From Geosiphon pyriformis uo1 (Eukaryota; Fungi; Glomeromycota), in contig JAAOMT010000372.1 in assembly GCA_016748015.1 (NCBI GenBank), forward strand, positions 1 through 64,000: DNA of 64,000 nt. The letters run 5' to 3'. Numbering within the stretch: the stretch's first letter is position 1; each line of letters begins with the position of its first letter. The notes beneath the pieces are model-generated. The model worked only from the letters and a program-made list of their open reading frames with translations. It did no database searches and was not told the origin of the DNA. Shown here in pieces: positions 47,752 through 61,034 of the stretch. A program made the translations under genes and the position numbers.

Positions 47752-48729
47752 TGTTACCAGACAAAATTAGAGATATTATTTAGCATGAAATTATCTTTAT
47801 TCCTATCATTAATTAGCATATATTATCGTTTCAAATTATCACTTATTATATTAGCAAAATGTCTGAAATTATCATTTAATTAATAACCCAATTTATACAT
47901 AACACAAATGTAACCTAAGTGTGATGATCAATCATGCAATACTCTGAAATATGTAACATTCAAAAGTTCGCCAAAATTTGTAGAAATTTGCCGAAATAAT
48001 TGATAGTTCACCAAAATATCTAATAGTTCACAGAAATAACTTGTAGTTCATCAAAATGTATCTTTAGTTCAGCAAAATTGTAGGAAAGAGCAAAATTCAA
48101 GTTCATAGAATAGTGTTACGACAAGTTGTATAAAAGAAGAGCTTCTCTCTTCGAGAAAATATATCTTACTTTAGATTTATCACTTAGAACCATTCCAATA
48201 CACACAAAAAGAAATAAAATATTAAATAATTTGAAAAACCAATTTTTTTAAATATTGCACTTAGAAAATCTCCAAAAACCCAACTAACATTTTGAAATTG
48301 ATTAGCTACCAATTTCAGTAAACTGTTAGTAACTCCAGACTTGGATCAAAAACGTTTCTCTTGACAGAATTCTATTTCTTTTACATTTCTTTTATTTTTC
48401 TTTTCTTTTCTTATTACAATCATTAGGGTAGTCTACAGACAAGATTCCTGTAAAAGAGTTGACTTTTACAGCAAAGTAACTATACATTTTTAGTGAGCTT
48501 CCAGATGAGCAATTCCTGGGAAAGAGTTGATGTTTATTACAACATAACTACATAAAGCAACTGGCAAGAAATTGGTCATTCCACTTATAAGCCCAGCAGT
48601 TCAAATTATAGAAGATAATTTGAAGATAAATTCAGTTATTGGAGGTTCAACTACTTCTAAAAAACGTGAATTTGCAACCAACAGACATTTACAACATTCA
48701 AGAAAAAAGACCAAAAACTTCCAGTAATA
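47752..48729 (+). repeat. 3' LTR of element C
   Basis: Direct repeat of 39041-40018. Confidence 0.95.
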
Positions 48730-51165
48730 CCATTAAACAAAATGATACTAAAACAATTACCATGTATTTAAAATATTTTTATCAAAATTTGTGTCAAATC
48801 CAAATAATTAAAGCTGACTACTTTATAGTACTACAAATTCTAAACCAATTTATTTACAGTTTATATAGCAGTCTGTTACAACAAGTATGTTTAATATATT
48901 CAAATACTTTACAAAATACAGTTATCTACACCAAAGATTTTGAATCAGCCAAACTCAAAGCCAATTATGCTTAAGCTGTAAATTTAGTTATAAACAAATT
49001 ATTTGAATTAGATTCTAAGCTAAAATAATTTAGTAATTTAATCAACCAAAAATTAGAAAAATACTTAGCTAATAATTAAGCAATTTATCAGTTTTCTTAA
49101 TATTGTAACAATTCAGAAAGTTCCAATTAATTCCAAAATCAATTATGTCTATTATTATTAACTAATTCATTATGGCAACAAAAAATATATAATTATTATT
49201 TCTGTGGTAAACAAGACTATCTAAAAGCAGATTGTCATTTTAGATCTAATAACTTATGATCAAAAAACCAATATAGAAACTTCAGTTACAGATTTCAAAC
49301 TCCAAATTATACCCAAAATCAAAAACAATATCAACATCAAACTTCATATTAACCAATAATACAACAATTTATATATATACCTTTAATATATTAAGCTTTA
49401 ACATCTGTAATATATTAATCACAACTACAAATACTCTATTAATCCCAACAAATTTAAGCATTGTCCCAAAATACTGTGCCAATATCAACCAAAACCCAAA
49501 GACCAAAAATCATATACACCTAACAAAACTGAAAATTGGTGATGGTAATGCACCAACCAATTCTCAATTTATAAAGTTAGTCATTAAAATCATGTCCAAA
49601 AAATTCAAAAAGTAGGTACACCCAAAATCTGAATTTTCAGAACTATTTAAGTCTTTTGATAATTCCAGAAATAGCAATACTTAAATCACTAAAAACCAAC
49701 TCAATACTACTCATTAACAACATCTTATTAGCAACTGTTATTGAAGATGAATTATTTGCAGTTATCTTTTCTTTTAAATTAGAAAAATCAGCAATAATAT
49801 TTTTATTCAGTAAAATTGCTTTAAATACCAAATCCATTACAGCTATATACATAAATGTCAAAGTTAATGGCCAATTTATTAAATTAATTCTTAATAGTGG
49901 GTCAACAAACAGCATTATTACATAACAACTTACAGACCAATGTTGTATTTGACTGAAATACTTAGAAGCTATAGTTTAGTCAAGATAGTTAACATATTTG
50001 AATATCAGTTACCTGTGGTTACTTTAAAACAACCCAATAATAACCACTAATAGAATTTAAAAAAAAATAAACCTATCTAAAAAGCCTATCAAGTTTTATG
50101 AACTAAAAATAACCACAATGAGCTACTATCAATCTTATCTTGAGATAATAAAAAAAAAAAAAAAGGACAAATCACAAGCCATCACTTTTACAAAAAAAAC
50201 AAATAATAATTGACATGTTCTATACACAATAAAACCAAGAAAAAAACCACTCTATATTTTACTTAAAGGCAAGAACTACAAAAAAAAGCTTTTTTCTATG
50301 AGAGCTTGAATCTTATCCAAAAAAAACTACAAAACACATACCTATTACTACTGCAAAACATATCACAGAGAACATTTTGGTTATCTAAAACAACAGAAAA
50401 AGTAGAACAATAAATCATGTTTTGCTTGCAAAAAAACACTACTTAATAAAAAAATATGAAACAACATTTTTGGTCATAAAGGAATATACAATGTATTGTG
50501 TCAATACACAATTCTTATTAGTAACTAGATAAGCAGAAAAACGCCTTTTAATGTTGTATAAAACAGAACTTTCTTATGCATAGACAGTTATCTACACAAT
50601 AAAGACAAAATTTTGTAAATAGCAAGTGCTAAAATCAAAAGTGTTTTATCTAGCAAAATATTAGTAATCAAAAATAACTCACCAAAACCCATTAAAACCA
50701 TTTTTATTCCCAATTCAGATATCTTTATTGATATTTTGAATGACCCAAAACAATTTTATAAACACTGTTAAGATTTAGCATTTATTAGAAAAAAACAAGA
50801 GCAGTATTTAGAACAATTAAACATTAAACTCTGTAAACATTGCTTAATCCTAGTAACTTCAAATATTGTAATAATTGTGATCTTATTTATAACCACTATC
50901 ATACATAATCTATTTAATTCCCAAAAAAAAACCCCCAATTATTAACTGTGCTTCAGAATCAGAATTAAAATTCAATTCTAATTTAGACTCTAATAATAAT
51001 AATAATAATAGTTTTAATTCTGTTTACAATAATAATAATAGCCACAACAATTTAAATTCTGATTACAATCTCAAACAATATATTGCACTTTTAGATCTTT
51101 CAATGAAGTAGAAACTTAAATAATTTAATAATAATAATAAAAATATTATGCCAAAACACATATAT

Positions 51166-51818
51166 TGTTATGAATTGGAGTAACAAGTTAACAAATAACA
51201 AGTGAGAACAGGATTGTAGGGTGATAAAAGAAATCAAAGAGAATTCAACTTTAAAAAACAAATTGAATAAGTATGGATTCAATGTGTGAGATCAGTCTCA
51301 TAAAATATCTCAGTTGCTATACTTTTCAAAGATAACTGGGGAATCTGAAGGTAAAGGGATAGTTCATACTGTCAACAAATAATCATACCTGGTATAATTC
51401 TATGTCTCATGTCAGCACTCTTAGAATTCAATATCAGATATCAGATGTACTCTTCAGTCATGTTTTATTCAATAATTTTCAAATGCTGCAATTACACGTT
51501 TCAGAAAAAGGGTAGAAAATAACCAACAAATAATCTTTTATCTTTAAGATATTCAGATACTTAAAAGTAGGGAAAGAGAAATTAGCAATAAGAAAGAAAT
51601 TGAGATGAAAGTTGTTATTTTATTTATTTTATTTATTTGATTTCCTTGATTTCTTACATGTTTTTTTACAGCTAAAAGAATCATCACTTATATAGTTATC
51701 AAAAGTGGTCAATGATCAGATCAATGATCACTTTCTAAAAATAGAGTGGTTAATTTATATGACATTAATGGCTAATACATGTGATAATTAATAAGAAGTA
51801 TAAGTTTCAACTATAATA
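51166..51818 (-). repeat. 3' LTR of element D
   Basis: Direct repeat of 58105-58748 and 59690-60344. Confidence 0.92.
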
Positions 51819-51819
51819 T

Positions 51820-52444
51820 CATTCTCTCCAAAGAGATTGAGCTCCAGTAAAATTAAGCTATTTATGGTATAATCTATTTGAAGAGTTTTATCTAACTCAA
51901 AGCTAACTAGTTTGTTAAAGTTTTTTGTGAATAAGGTATATAATACTTGAGGCAAAATGAGTTTTGTATTCAAGAGACCAAATCTTTGTATTAGAGTTTT
52001 GGCTCTTTTAGCAATAGTTAAAACTCTTGAAACATCTAACTATATAATGCCCAAAATTTCTGTCTGTATCTCTAAAGTTGTTTTCTTTATGAGTTTCATA
52101 TCCTCTATAATTTTACCAAGGTGACCATAAAGTTCTAATTGTCTTCCATATGACAAGTTTTTGTCTATGAGTAAGATTTCTTGGAGTGTTTTTCCAATTG
52201 TGCTAGAAGATGAAAATATAACTGCTGTTATACTTTTCAACAGATATTTATCCATTTTACTACCAATTTTTTCTCTTCTGGTAGTAGTTTTTTTTGGTCT
52301 AATAACAGTATGTGTTCTACTGTTATCAGTTATGATGGTTTGTTTTCCAATAGTCAGAGTAGCATTTGGGTAGTTTTTAATTCAATACTCATGAAGAGTA
52401 TAGAAGACGTTTTAAATGTTTTGATCCAGAAAATAATTGTTTAT
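51820..52444 (-). pseudogene. Element D 3' accessory ORF, degenerate
   Basis: ..MDKYLLKSIT..LELYGHLGKIIEDMK..AKTLIQRFG.. ending ..FTGAQSLWRE at the PPT. Same ORF in F. Confidence 0.7.
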
Positions 52445-52509
52445 GTTGATTAAAGATACCTCTGTTTTGGGAATGATGCATTTATTTATATTTGATTTTT
52501 GCTGATCAT

Positions 52510-53799
52510 TTAAGTCGGTATTACCACAACAGGCAGCCAATTAAGTCGTTTATAATATTTCTTGAGTCATGTACCATAAACAGAATGATTATTGAAGATT
52601 GTTTTGGATTGATCTTGAAGAATATAAGAACCATTGTTCAAAATTTTGTTGACTATAAAAGGTTTTTTCCATCAGCTAGAGAACTTATTACCATAAACAT
52701 TGTCTCTGTCAGAGTGGTATTCTAGTACCAAGTTACCAATACTTAAAGAAAGTGTTTTATAGGTTTTCTTTTTCTTAAGCTTTTCTTGAAACTGTTTTAT
52801 CTTTTCAAAAGCAATTATTTATCCTTCTACCAAGGAGTCAAGAATGGTACCAAGTCTTTTTTGCAAAATGTCTTTGTAATTTCCTATTGTGATCTCTTCA
52901 AAGGGTATTGTTTCAATGTTAGTTTCAATTGGTAGTGTTGTCATACATTCATAGAGCAAATAAAAAGGTTCATAACTTGTTATGTTATGATTCACAGTTC
53001 TATAAGCAAACAAAGCTGAAGGCAGTATTTTGTCTTATAAGTTTGTTTTTTTACTGGTTTTGGCTAGGGTTTCACATAGTGTTCTATTGAAATGTTCTAT
53101 TAAGCCATTTGTTTGGGGGTAATAAAGGAAGGAAAGTTTATGATATATTCCCGTTTTTCTACAAAGTTCTTCAACCAGTGTGTTAAAAAAAGCTCTTCTT
53201 CTATCAGATAAAAGTTTTTTGGAGCAGCTATAATGGCAGATGATATCTTCATAAATGAAATTGGCTATTAAGACTGCTGTTTGATTTGGGATGGCTCTTG
53301 CTTCTACTCACTTTGTAAGATAGTTGGTAGCTGTAATAATGTATCTGTTGCTATCAGGAGTTATTGTTAAAGATCCAACAACATCTATACCAATTCTGTC
53401 AAATAGTTAACCAACAGAGATTGGATGAATATCTTCTTTGCAATTGGCTTTGTCTCTTTTTTAGCAGATGTTACAGATTTTAATGTATTTAACAATGTTT
53501 TTTCTCAAAGTAGACTAATAATAGCAAGCTAAAGTTTTCTGAATTGTTTTTGTTTTTTCAAAGTGTCTAGCTAATAAGTCAGTGTGTATGTTGTTTATTA
53601 TAATTTCTCTTTCTTCAAATCTGATAACTTTTTGGGGGTGATCAGAATCTTTTCTGTTTCTTTTATATAATTGGTTCTGGCAGATCAAATAGAAATTTGA
53701 TTGTTTGCACAAATGTTCTCTTTGCTGTCAAGTGTATTCTGGTGGGTATTGTTCTTTACCCAAAAATTCCATTAAGGCAGAGTAGTTGTTCAAGTCTAT
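52510..53799 (-). pseudogene. Element D integrase, stand-alone ORF (ATG decayed to ATA)
   Basis: KEQYPPEYT.., HTDLLARH, GIDVVG, FAYRTV; aligns with F 61035-62324. Confidence 0.85.
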
Positions 53800-53863
53800 T
53801 ATTGTGTTTGTTTGTGAAGGAGTTATTAATAATTAAGTTGGTTTGGTTTGAGAAGTTGTACTA

Positions 53864-56800
53864 TCACTAAATGGTAAGTCTAAAAAGAGCATTGGTATTT
53901 TAATAATTTGCTCTTTTGTGGTGTTGAATATTATAGTCAAATTCATCCAAGTGGAGTATTCAACAAGTTATTTGTTTGTGTTCTAGCTTCTTTTTATTGT
54001 GCAGTCAAACCAAGGCTTAATAATCTGTTACCACTAAGAAATTTGCACTAAGAAGATATTGATCCCAGTAGCTAGTAGCCCAAATTACTGCTAAACATTC
54101 TTGTTTAGTAACTGAATAGTTCTTTTCTGCTGGTTTGAGAGATCTACTGGCATATGCTATAGTATGTTCTTTGCCATTTTCATTTTTTTGTGAAAAAACA
54201 GTACCAAGTCCATAGCCAGATGTATCAGTATAGAGGATGAAAAGTTGATTCAGATCTGGTTGCTTAAGAATTGATTCAGTAACAAGTTTTTCCTTCAGAA
54301 TTTCAAAAGCTTTTTGTTGATAAGTGCTTCAGTAATAATTGACATTTTTTCTGAGTAGCTGATTGAGAGGAAAGGCAATTTTGGAGAAATTCTTGATAAA
54401 TTTGTGATAGTAAGAGGCCAAACCAAAGAAAGAGCATAGTTCAGAAACATTCATTAGTTGTCTAATATTCTGGACTTTTTCAACTTTAGCTGGGTTAGGG
54501 AAGATTCTATCTTTTGTAATAAGATGACCAAGGAACTGGGTGGATTGGCATCCAAAGAAAGATTTGATTGGGTTGATCTTGAGACCAGCATTTTTGAGCA
54601 GGTCAAAAACCTTTTGTAAATGTTTAAGGTGTTTATCCCAAATTTTTGAATATACTATTATGTCATCCAAGTAAACCAAAACAAAGTTTTTTTTTACTGA
54701 TTCAAACACTTTATCTATTAGATATTGAAAGGTGAAAAGAGCATTGGTGAGACCAAAAAACATGACTATGAATTCATAGGTGCCATACTTGGTGATGAAG
54801 GCAGTTTTTTTTCTGCTTTTTGGATCCATCTCTACTTGCCAGAATCCAGCAGTTAAATCAATGGTTGAGAAGAAAGCAGCACTATTGAATTTATCTAGCA
54901 TTGCATCAATTTTGGGGAGTAAGTACATGTCTCTTATAATGATAGCATTTAATTGGCAGTAGTCAACACAAAAGTGTAGAGTTCCACCTTTCTTGAATAC
55001 TACTACAACTGGGAAAGTCTATTCACTCTTGGTTTTTTGTATGAATCCAAGATCTTTCATTTGGTTTATCTCTTTCTTGATAAATTCATTATTGTGTTGA
55101 TTGGATTGATAAGGTTTCAAATGAATGGGATGAGTTTCTTTGGTGGTAATGGTGTGTTGTATCACATGAGTTTGTTTAGAGATGTCACCTTCTTTTGAAA
55201 TAACTGAGCTATTTCTAGCCAACAGATTTTCAATGTCCACTTTTCTTTCTTCAGGAAAAGGTTCTCTTTGTTTTACAACTAATGATTAGATTTCAGGTGG
55301 TTTACTTTCAAAGGACTTTTGTACTTCTTTAAATTCTTTTCGAGGTATCAAGCTAATTGGTTCCCAATTTTTGTAATAAATCAGGCAGGATTTGTATTCA
55401 TCATTTGGTAAATACAAAGGTTTATTACACCAGCACCATGCACAAGGACCATGTCACTAATAACTGTATTTGGCTTTCTTGCCAGGTTTTTTGTCAAAGG
55501 TTCTTCTAAGGATATCATAGTAGGGCCAGCAGATCAGCTTGCCATTTATTATGATTTCTTTTTTGTCAGCTTTAACATTGTTTAGTGGCTTGCCATTGCT
55601 AATAAAGATAGTATAGACGAGTTCAGCAGTTTCTTCTGGTTTTTTTTGATCTTCATCATTGCTCTTATCATCATCTAATTCATCTAATTGTTTTTTTTTT
55701 TGGTTCTGTTTGGTTGCTAAAGGAGTTGTTTAATGATGGCATTTAACCACAATGGGTTTTTCACCATATCTAATGATTAGCTTGTAAAGTTCATAGTCAA
55801 GTAGTGTTTTGGCTTTTTTAAGCCACTCATTACCAACAATGATGGTATATTCTTTTGCTTCAGATACTTCCATATCTGTTTTAATGCTAATATCATTGAT
55901 GTGAACAAGAACAGCTTTGGCTATACCTAGACCTTTCTTTTTGTTAACAGTATATTGGTCATAGATCAAGTAGAAGGTTCATCAATTTTTCTTCCAATGG
56001 CTTCCAAAAAGTGTTTGGCAATTATACTGACAGATGATCCACTGTTTAGGATTAAATCAATGAAATAGCCAGCCACTTGGGCTTTACAAATCAGAGAAGT
56101 GATATTCCTGTTGTTAGCAAGTCCTTGTTGGTTTTTGGTGTCTTTTTCTTTAGTATTAAAGATTTGTAAAGATTTTTTCTAAACTGTGGATGGGTCATTA
56201 GTTGGCCAAATGTAATGTGTGCTGAGGTTTTCATGAGATCTTTAACAACAAAATAAGGTCCAGATTTTTGTACAATTTCTGGAGGTTCCAATTTTAGAAA
56301 ATTTTTAAAAACTTTAGCTTTTGGTGGTTTATTGTTGTCAGCAGCAGAAATTAAGGGCTTTATTGGGATTTAAAATAAAATCAACCTTGGCTTTTTTCTT
56401 CTTTCTTGTTAAGTCAGAAGTGTTGATTGCCAATTCATCCATATCATGATTATTATCAATTAAATTAAAAGCAAAAAAAGAGTTTTCTTCTGGTTGGCTT
56501 GCACTTTTACCTTTTGGAGGTGTGCTTACCAGTTTAAAGGCTGGTAAACAGTGGCTTCAACTAGGGGATCCTCTCCAAAGAAATTGATATTAGCATGATT
56601 GGGTTTTTGATTGGAGACATTGTTGTTAATGATTCTGTTGTTTTGATTGTCATTGTTTCTAGGAACTGGAAGAGGCAGAGAAAAATTGTTACAATCTCTG
56701 AAGAAATGTCCAGTTAATCCACAGTAGTAACACACAGGTGGGCCACAATTTTGTTGTTTTTGATATGGGGGTTGCTAAGGTTGATTAAAATGGGGTTCAA

Positions 56801-58060
56801 ATTTGGGTCTTTGGAGTTGTTGATTTTCTCTGACAGCTTGGGCTAAGAGTTCTAGTAACTGGACAAGATTAACTGTGAGTTTATCTATTAACTGTTTATT
56901 TGGATCTTGAGTTTGGACAGCAAAAAAGGCAGCAGCCATTTGTGGAGCTGGAGCCATGGCAAAGACAAGAGCAAAAACTGGAAGTGTGAATCCCAAATGC
57001 ATTTTTTAGTTATCTTCAATTCTTTGTGCCAGTTCAATAGCCATGTTCATTGTTAGGTTGTCTTTTAAAACCAAGAGAGGCCAAAAAGCATATGATAGAT
57101 CAGTTTTTAATCTTTTTGTAAAGGAATGTATCTTTTGCTCTTCAGTCCAGTTTTTCCCAAAGTCTACACATTTGATTAGCTTTCTAATAGCTTTGACATA
57201 TTCAGTTACTACTTTTCTAGGGCCTTGGGTTCTTCTTTCCAATTCCATATGTCATTTGGATATTAATATTGGAGTTCTGAACTTGGTCTCAAACCAGATA
57301 GTAAAAGAGATATTTTCTTCTTTAGCATTGGTTGGTGTCCATCTGATTATTCAGTATTAAGCATTGGTATTTGTTTTTTGTGAGAACCAGATAGCAAAAG
57401 AGTTTTGAAGATAGCCACCAATGATTTGGAACTTGTATTCTTTATCATACTGGTTGGCAGTGACAGCTCTCTTAAAATCATCCAACCATTCAATTGAATC
57501 TTGTGCATTATCTCTAAATAATGATAGTAGAGTATTGTTTCTTCTTTCTAGAGCAGTTTGTATACTTTGGAGAGTGGCCAGAATGTTTGCTTGCATGGAG
57601 TTATTAGCCATTGGTTCAGGGGTAACTGTTTGTGTAGATGAATCTGATTTACTTGATAAAAAGTCAAAAACAGGGGCAGTTTGGTAGCTTTCTTCTTCTG
57701 TTTCAAAGGGAGTTTCAATTGCTTGATGAACAGCAATCCAAATGTGGATTTGATGATTCAGATATTCGGAATCAGGGGGCTGTTGTTCAAAGATTGTGGA
57801 GTATAAAAGTTAATTGATGCTGTTGTTTCTTTTTTCAAAGTAATAAGTTATATAGACTGTATAGATTTCAGCTGAATGCTTATTCAAAAACCAGTTCCAA
57901 AAATCTTGGAATTGTTTATTGAATTAATCTTCAATAGGAAAGCAAATTAAGCAGGAAGACAAAAGATTGAGTTTAATAAAGTCTAGATTGTTTTTGTTAT
58001 GTGCTTTAAAGTATTCTTCTGATTGTTATAACAGATATGAATAATTACCCATACAATAGG
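53864..58060 (-). pseudogene. Element D gag-pol (N-terminal extension, capsid, CCHC, protease, short Cys module, RT, RNase H)
   Basis: MANNSMQ..IEWLDDF, CYYCGLTGHFFRDC, LILNSGSS, IVGNEWL, DLTAGFWQV, VYLDD, YASRSL. Start approximate. Confidence 0.88.
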
Positions 58061-58080
58061 AAACAAAGTGGATTTTGACA

Positions 58081-58098
58081 ACCTCACAGGAAGCACCA
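58081..58098 (-). promoter_or_regulatory. Primer-binding site of element D (TGGTGCTTCCTGTGAGGT)
   Basis: 18 nt complementary to ...ACCTCACAGGAAGCACCA. The CTCAC T-arm resembles elongator Met or Ile(UAU) tRNAs. Lies 6 nt from the LTR. Confidence 0.75.
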
Positions 58099-58104
58099 CT
58101 TTTA

Positions 58105-58748
58105 TGTTATGGGTTGGAGTAACAAGCTAATGGATAATAAGTGAGAACAGGATTGTAGGGTGATGAAAGAAATCAAAGAAAATTCAACTTCAAAGAGTGA
58201 ATTGAATAAATATGGATTTAATGTGCAAGATCAGTCTCATAAAATATCTCAGTCACTATACTTTTCAAAGATAACTGGAGAATCTAAAGGTAAAGGGATA
58301 GTCTGTACTGTCAACAAATGATCATGCCTGGTATAATTCTATGCTTCACATTGGTGCTCTTAGAATTCAATATCAGGTATCAAATGTACTCTTCAGTCAC
58401 GTTTTATTTAATAATCTTTAAATGCTGCAATTACACATTTCAGAAAAAAGGTAAGAAATAACCAACAAGTAATCTTTTATCTTTAAGATGTTCAGATACT
58501 TGAAAGTAGGGAAAGGGAAATTAGTGATAAGAAAGAGATTAAGATAAAAGTTGTTATTTTATTTATTTGATTTCCTTGATTTCTTATATGCTTTTCTACA
58601 ACTAAAAAAATCATCACTTATATAGTTATCAAAAGTGGTCAATAATCAGATTAATGATTACTTTCTAAAAATAGAGTGGCTAATTTATATAACATCAGTA
58701 GCTAATACATGTGATAATTAATAAGAAATATAAGTTTCAATCATAACA
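58105..58748 (-). repeat. 5' LTR of element D
   Basis: TGTTATG...CATAACA. Confidence 0.92.
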
Positions 58749-59689
58749 ACATAATACTAATACAGAGTTTGATTTTTGATATTTAGAAAAAACTGTTATC
58801 AGATTGAAATTTTATTTATATACCAGTATAAATTTGAAAATAGCACTGGAAATTTCAACAACAACAATGATTTAATTAACATTTAGATTTAGTTTAGTGA
58901 AAAAAAAAATCAATATCAGAAAAAGAATAATTAATATAGAATAGTAAAAAATATTATTACAATATTACAAAATGAATTAGAAAAAGCATACACAATTAAA
59001 CCAAATAAAAAAATAGTACAAACAATTTTTTTATCTTTGGTAAAAATAGCTTAGTTAGTATTAGTAAAAACAAGAAAAGAGTTAAAAATTACAGCCAAAG
59101 AGATAAATAAATTTGAATTTATGAATAAAGTAGAGATACCAGTCAATATAGTAGAAAAAAAACAATTGATCAAGAAGAAATTATTTCTATTAATCAATCA
59201 ATTTTTATTTTAACATATAACCAATATATATTAGTTATAGAAAAAAAAGTAAAAGATCAACCCCAAATTTTTGAAGTAGAACCTACTATTTGTAAATTAA
59301 AAAAAATTGTCATTACCAATCTTTACATACCAGTCAAGAACCATAAACACATTAAAATCCTAATACATAATACAACTAAAAACTTAATTAAAATACCAAG
59401 TAAAACTACTATTAAATAGCACTAAAGTTGAAAATCAAATACCAACTACTATTTCAGATTTTCTACAACTTTGTAGATATGTAAATATTATATTACAAAC
59501 AATTTATGAATGAAAAAAATGTTATTTGCTATAACCAAAACAGTTAGAACAAATAAATTTAAGAAACTTAGATCCATTTTAATATATACAACTTAAGTTA
59601 CTATTTAACAATTTTACTAATATCTTTGCAAGTAAAAATAAATTTTGCAGAACTGATATTATTTAGCACCAGATTAAAACTAAAGATAT

Positions 59690-60344
59690 TGTTACAGGTT
59701 AGAGTAACAAGCTAACAGATAGCAAGGGAGAACAAGATTGTAGGGTAATGAAAGGAATCAAAGAGAATTCAACTTCAAAGAGCGAATTAAATAAGTATGA
59801 ATTCAATATGCAAGATCAGTTTCATAAAATATCTTAGTTACTATACTTTTTAAAGATAACTGGAGAATCTGAAAATAGAGAAATAGTCCATACTATCAAC
59901 AAATAATTACACCTGGTATAATTTTATGCCTCATGTTGGCACTCTTAGAATTCAATATCAGGTATTAGATGTATTCTTCAGTTATGTTTTTATTCAATAA
60001 TCTTTAAATGCTGCAATTACATGTTTTAGGAAAAGGATAAGAAATAACCAACAAGTAAACTTTTATTCCAAGATGTTCAGTTACTTGAAGATAGAGAAAG
60101 AGAAATTAGTGATAAGAGAATAATTGAGATGAAAGTTGTTATTTTATTTCTTTTCTTTCTTTGATTCTTACATACTTTTCTACAGCTAAGAAATTCATTA
60201 CTTATATAGCTATCAAAAGTGGTCAATGATCAAGTCAATGATTAGGTCAATAATCACTTTCTAAAAATAGAGTGACTAATTTATATGACATCAGTGGCTA
60301 ATATATGTGATAATTAATAAGAAGTATAAGTTTTAATCATAACA
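59690..60344 (-). repeat. 3' LTR of element F
   Basis: Homologous to the D LTRs; PPT adjacent at 60345-61. Confidence 0.92.
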
Positions 60345-60345
60345 T

Positions 60346-60969
60346 TATCCTCTCCAAAGAGATTGAGCTCTAGTGAAATCAAGCTATTTATAGTGTAATC
60401 TATTTAAAAGGTTTTATCTAATTCAAAGCTAACTAGTTTGTTGAAGTTTTTTGTGGATAAGATATATAATACTTAAGGCAAAATGAGCTTTGTATCTAAG
60501 AGACCAAATCTTTGTATTAGAGTTTTGGCTCTTTTAGCAATAGTTAAAACTCTTGGGACATCTAACCATATAATACCCAAAATTTTTGCTTATATCTCTA
60601 AAGTTGTTTTCTTCATGAGTTTTATATCTTTTATAATTTTACCAAGATGACTATAGAGTTCTAATTGTCTTCCATATGACAAGTTTTTGTCTGTGAGTAA
60701 GATTTCTTGGAGTGTTTTTCCAATTGTATTGGAAAGTAAGAGTATAGCTGCTGTTATACTTTCCAACAAATATTTATTCATTTTATTACCAATTCTTTCT
60801 TTTCTGGTAGAGTTTTCTTTGGTTTAATAACAGTATGTGTTCTATTGTTATCAGTTATGATGGTTTGTTTTCCGATAATCAAAGTAGTATTTGAATAGTT
60901 TTTGATTCAATACTTATGAAGAATATAGAAGGCATTTTAAATGTTTTGATCCAGAAAATAATTGTTCAT
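60346..60969 (-). pseudogene. Element F 3' accessory ORF, degenerate
   Basis: MNKYLLESIT..LELYSHLGKII; colinear with D. Confidence 0.7.
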
Positions 60970-61034
60970 GTTGATTGAAGATACCTCTGTTTTGGAAATG
61001 ATGCATTTATTTATATTTGATTTTTGCTGATTAT

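Larger units (their letters stand above)
39041..48729 (+). mobile_element. LTR element C: near full-length Ty3/gypsy (family of A) with dUTPase, separate integrase and 3' ORF; TSD CCAT
   Basis: 978-bp LTRs 39041-40018 and 47752-48729; CCAT at 39037-40 and 48730-33; PBS 40021-38; PPT 47737-51. Confidence 0.95.
51166..58748 (-). mobile_element. LTR element D: full-length Ty3/gypsy without dUTPase, with separate integrase and 3' ORF; TSD ACAT (left copy ATAT)
   Basis: LTRs 51166-51818 and 58105-58748; PBS 58081-98; PPT ~51819-35; inserted in the dUTPase of E. Confidence 0.92.
37619..59689 (+). mobile_element. LTR element E: old, heavily mutated dUTPase-type Ty3/gypsy; visible pieces 37619-39040, 48730-51165 and 58749-59689; hosts B, C, D and F
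   Basis: LTR end cctataaca (37800) plus PBS tggtgctct (37803). Gag continues across C (..FIT|IKQND..ILNQFI..KDFESAKLKANYA). Protease KLILNSGS at ~49880. dUTPase is split by D. RT start (RTDII.HQIKT) is cut by F. Confidence 0.82.
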
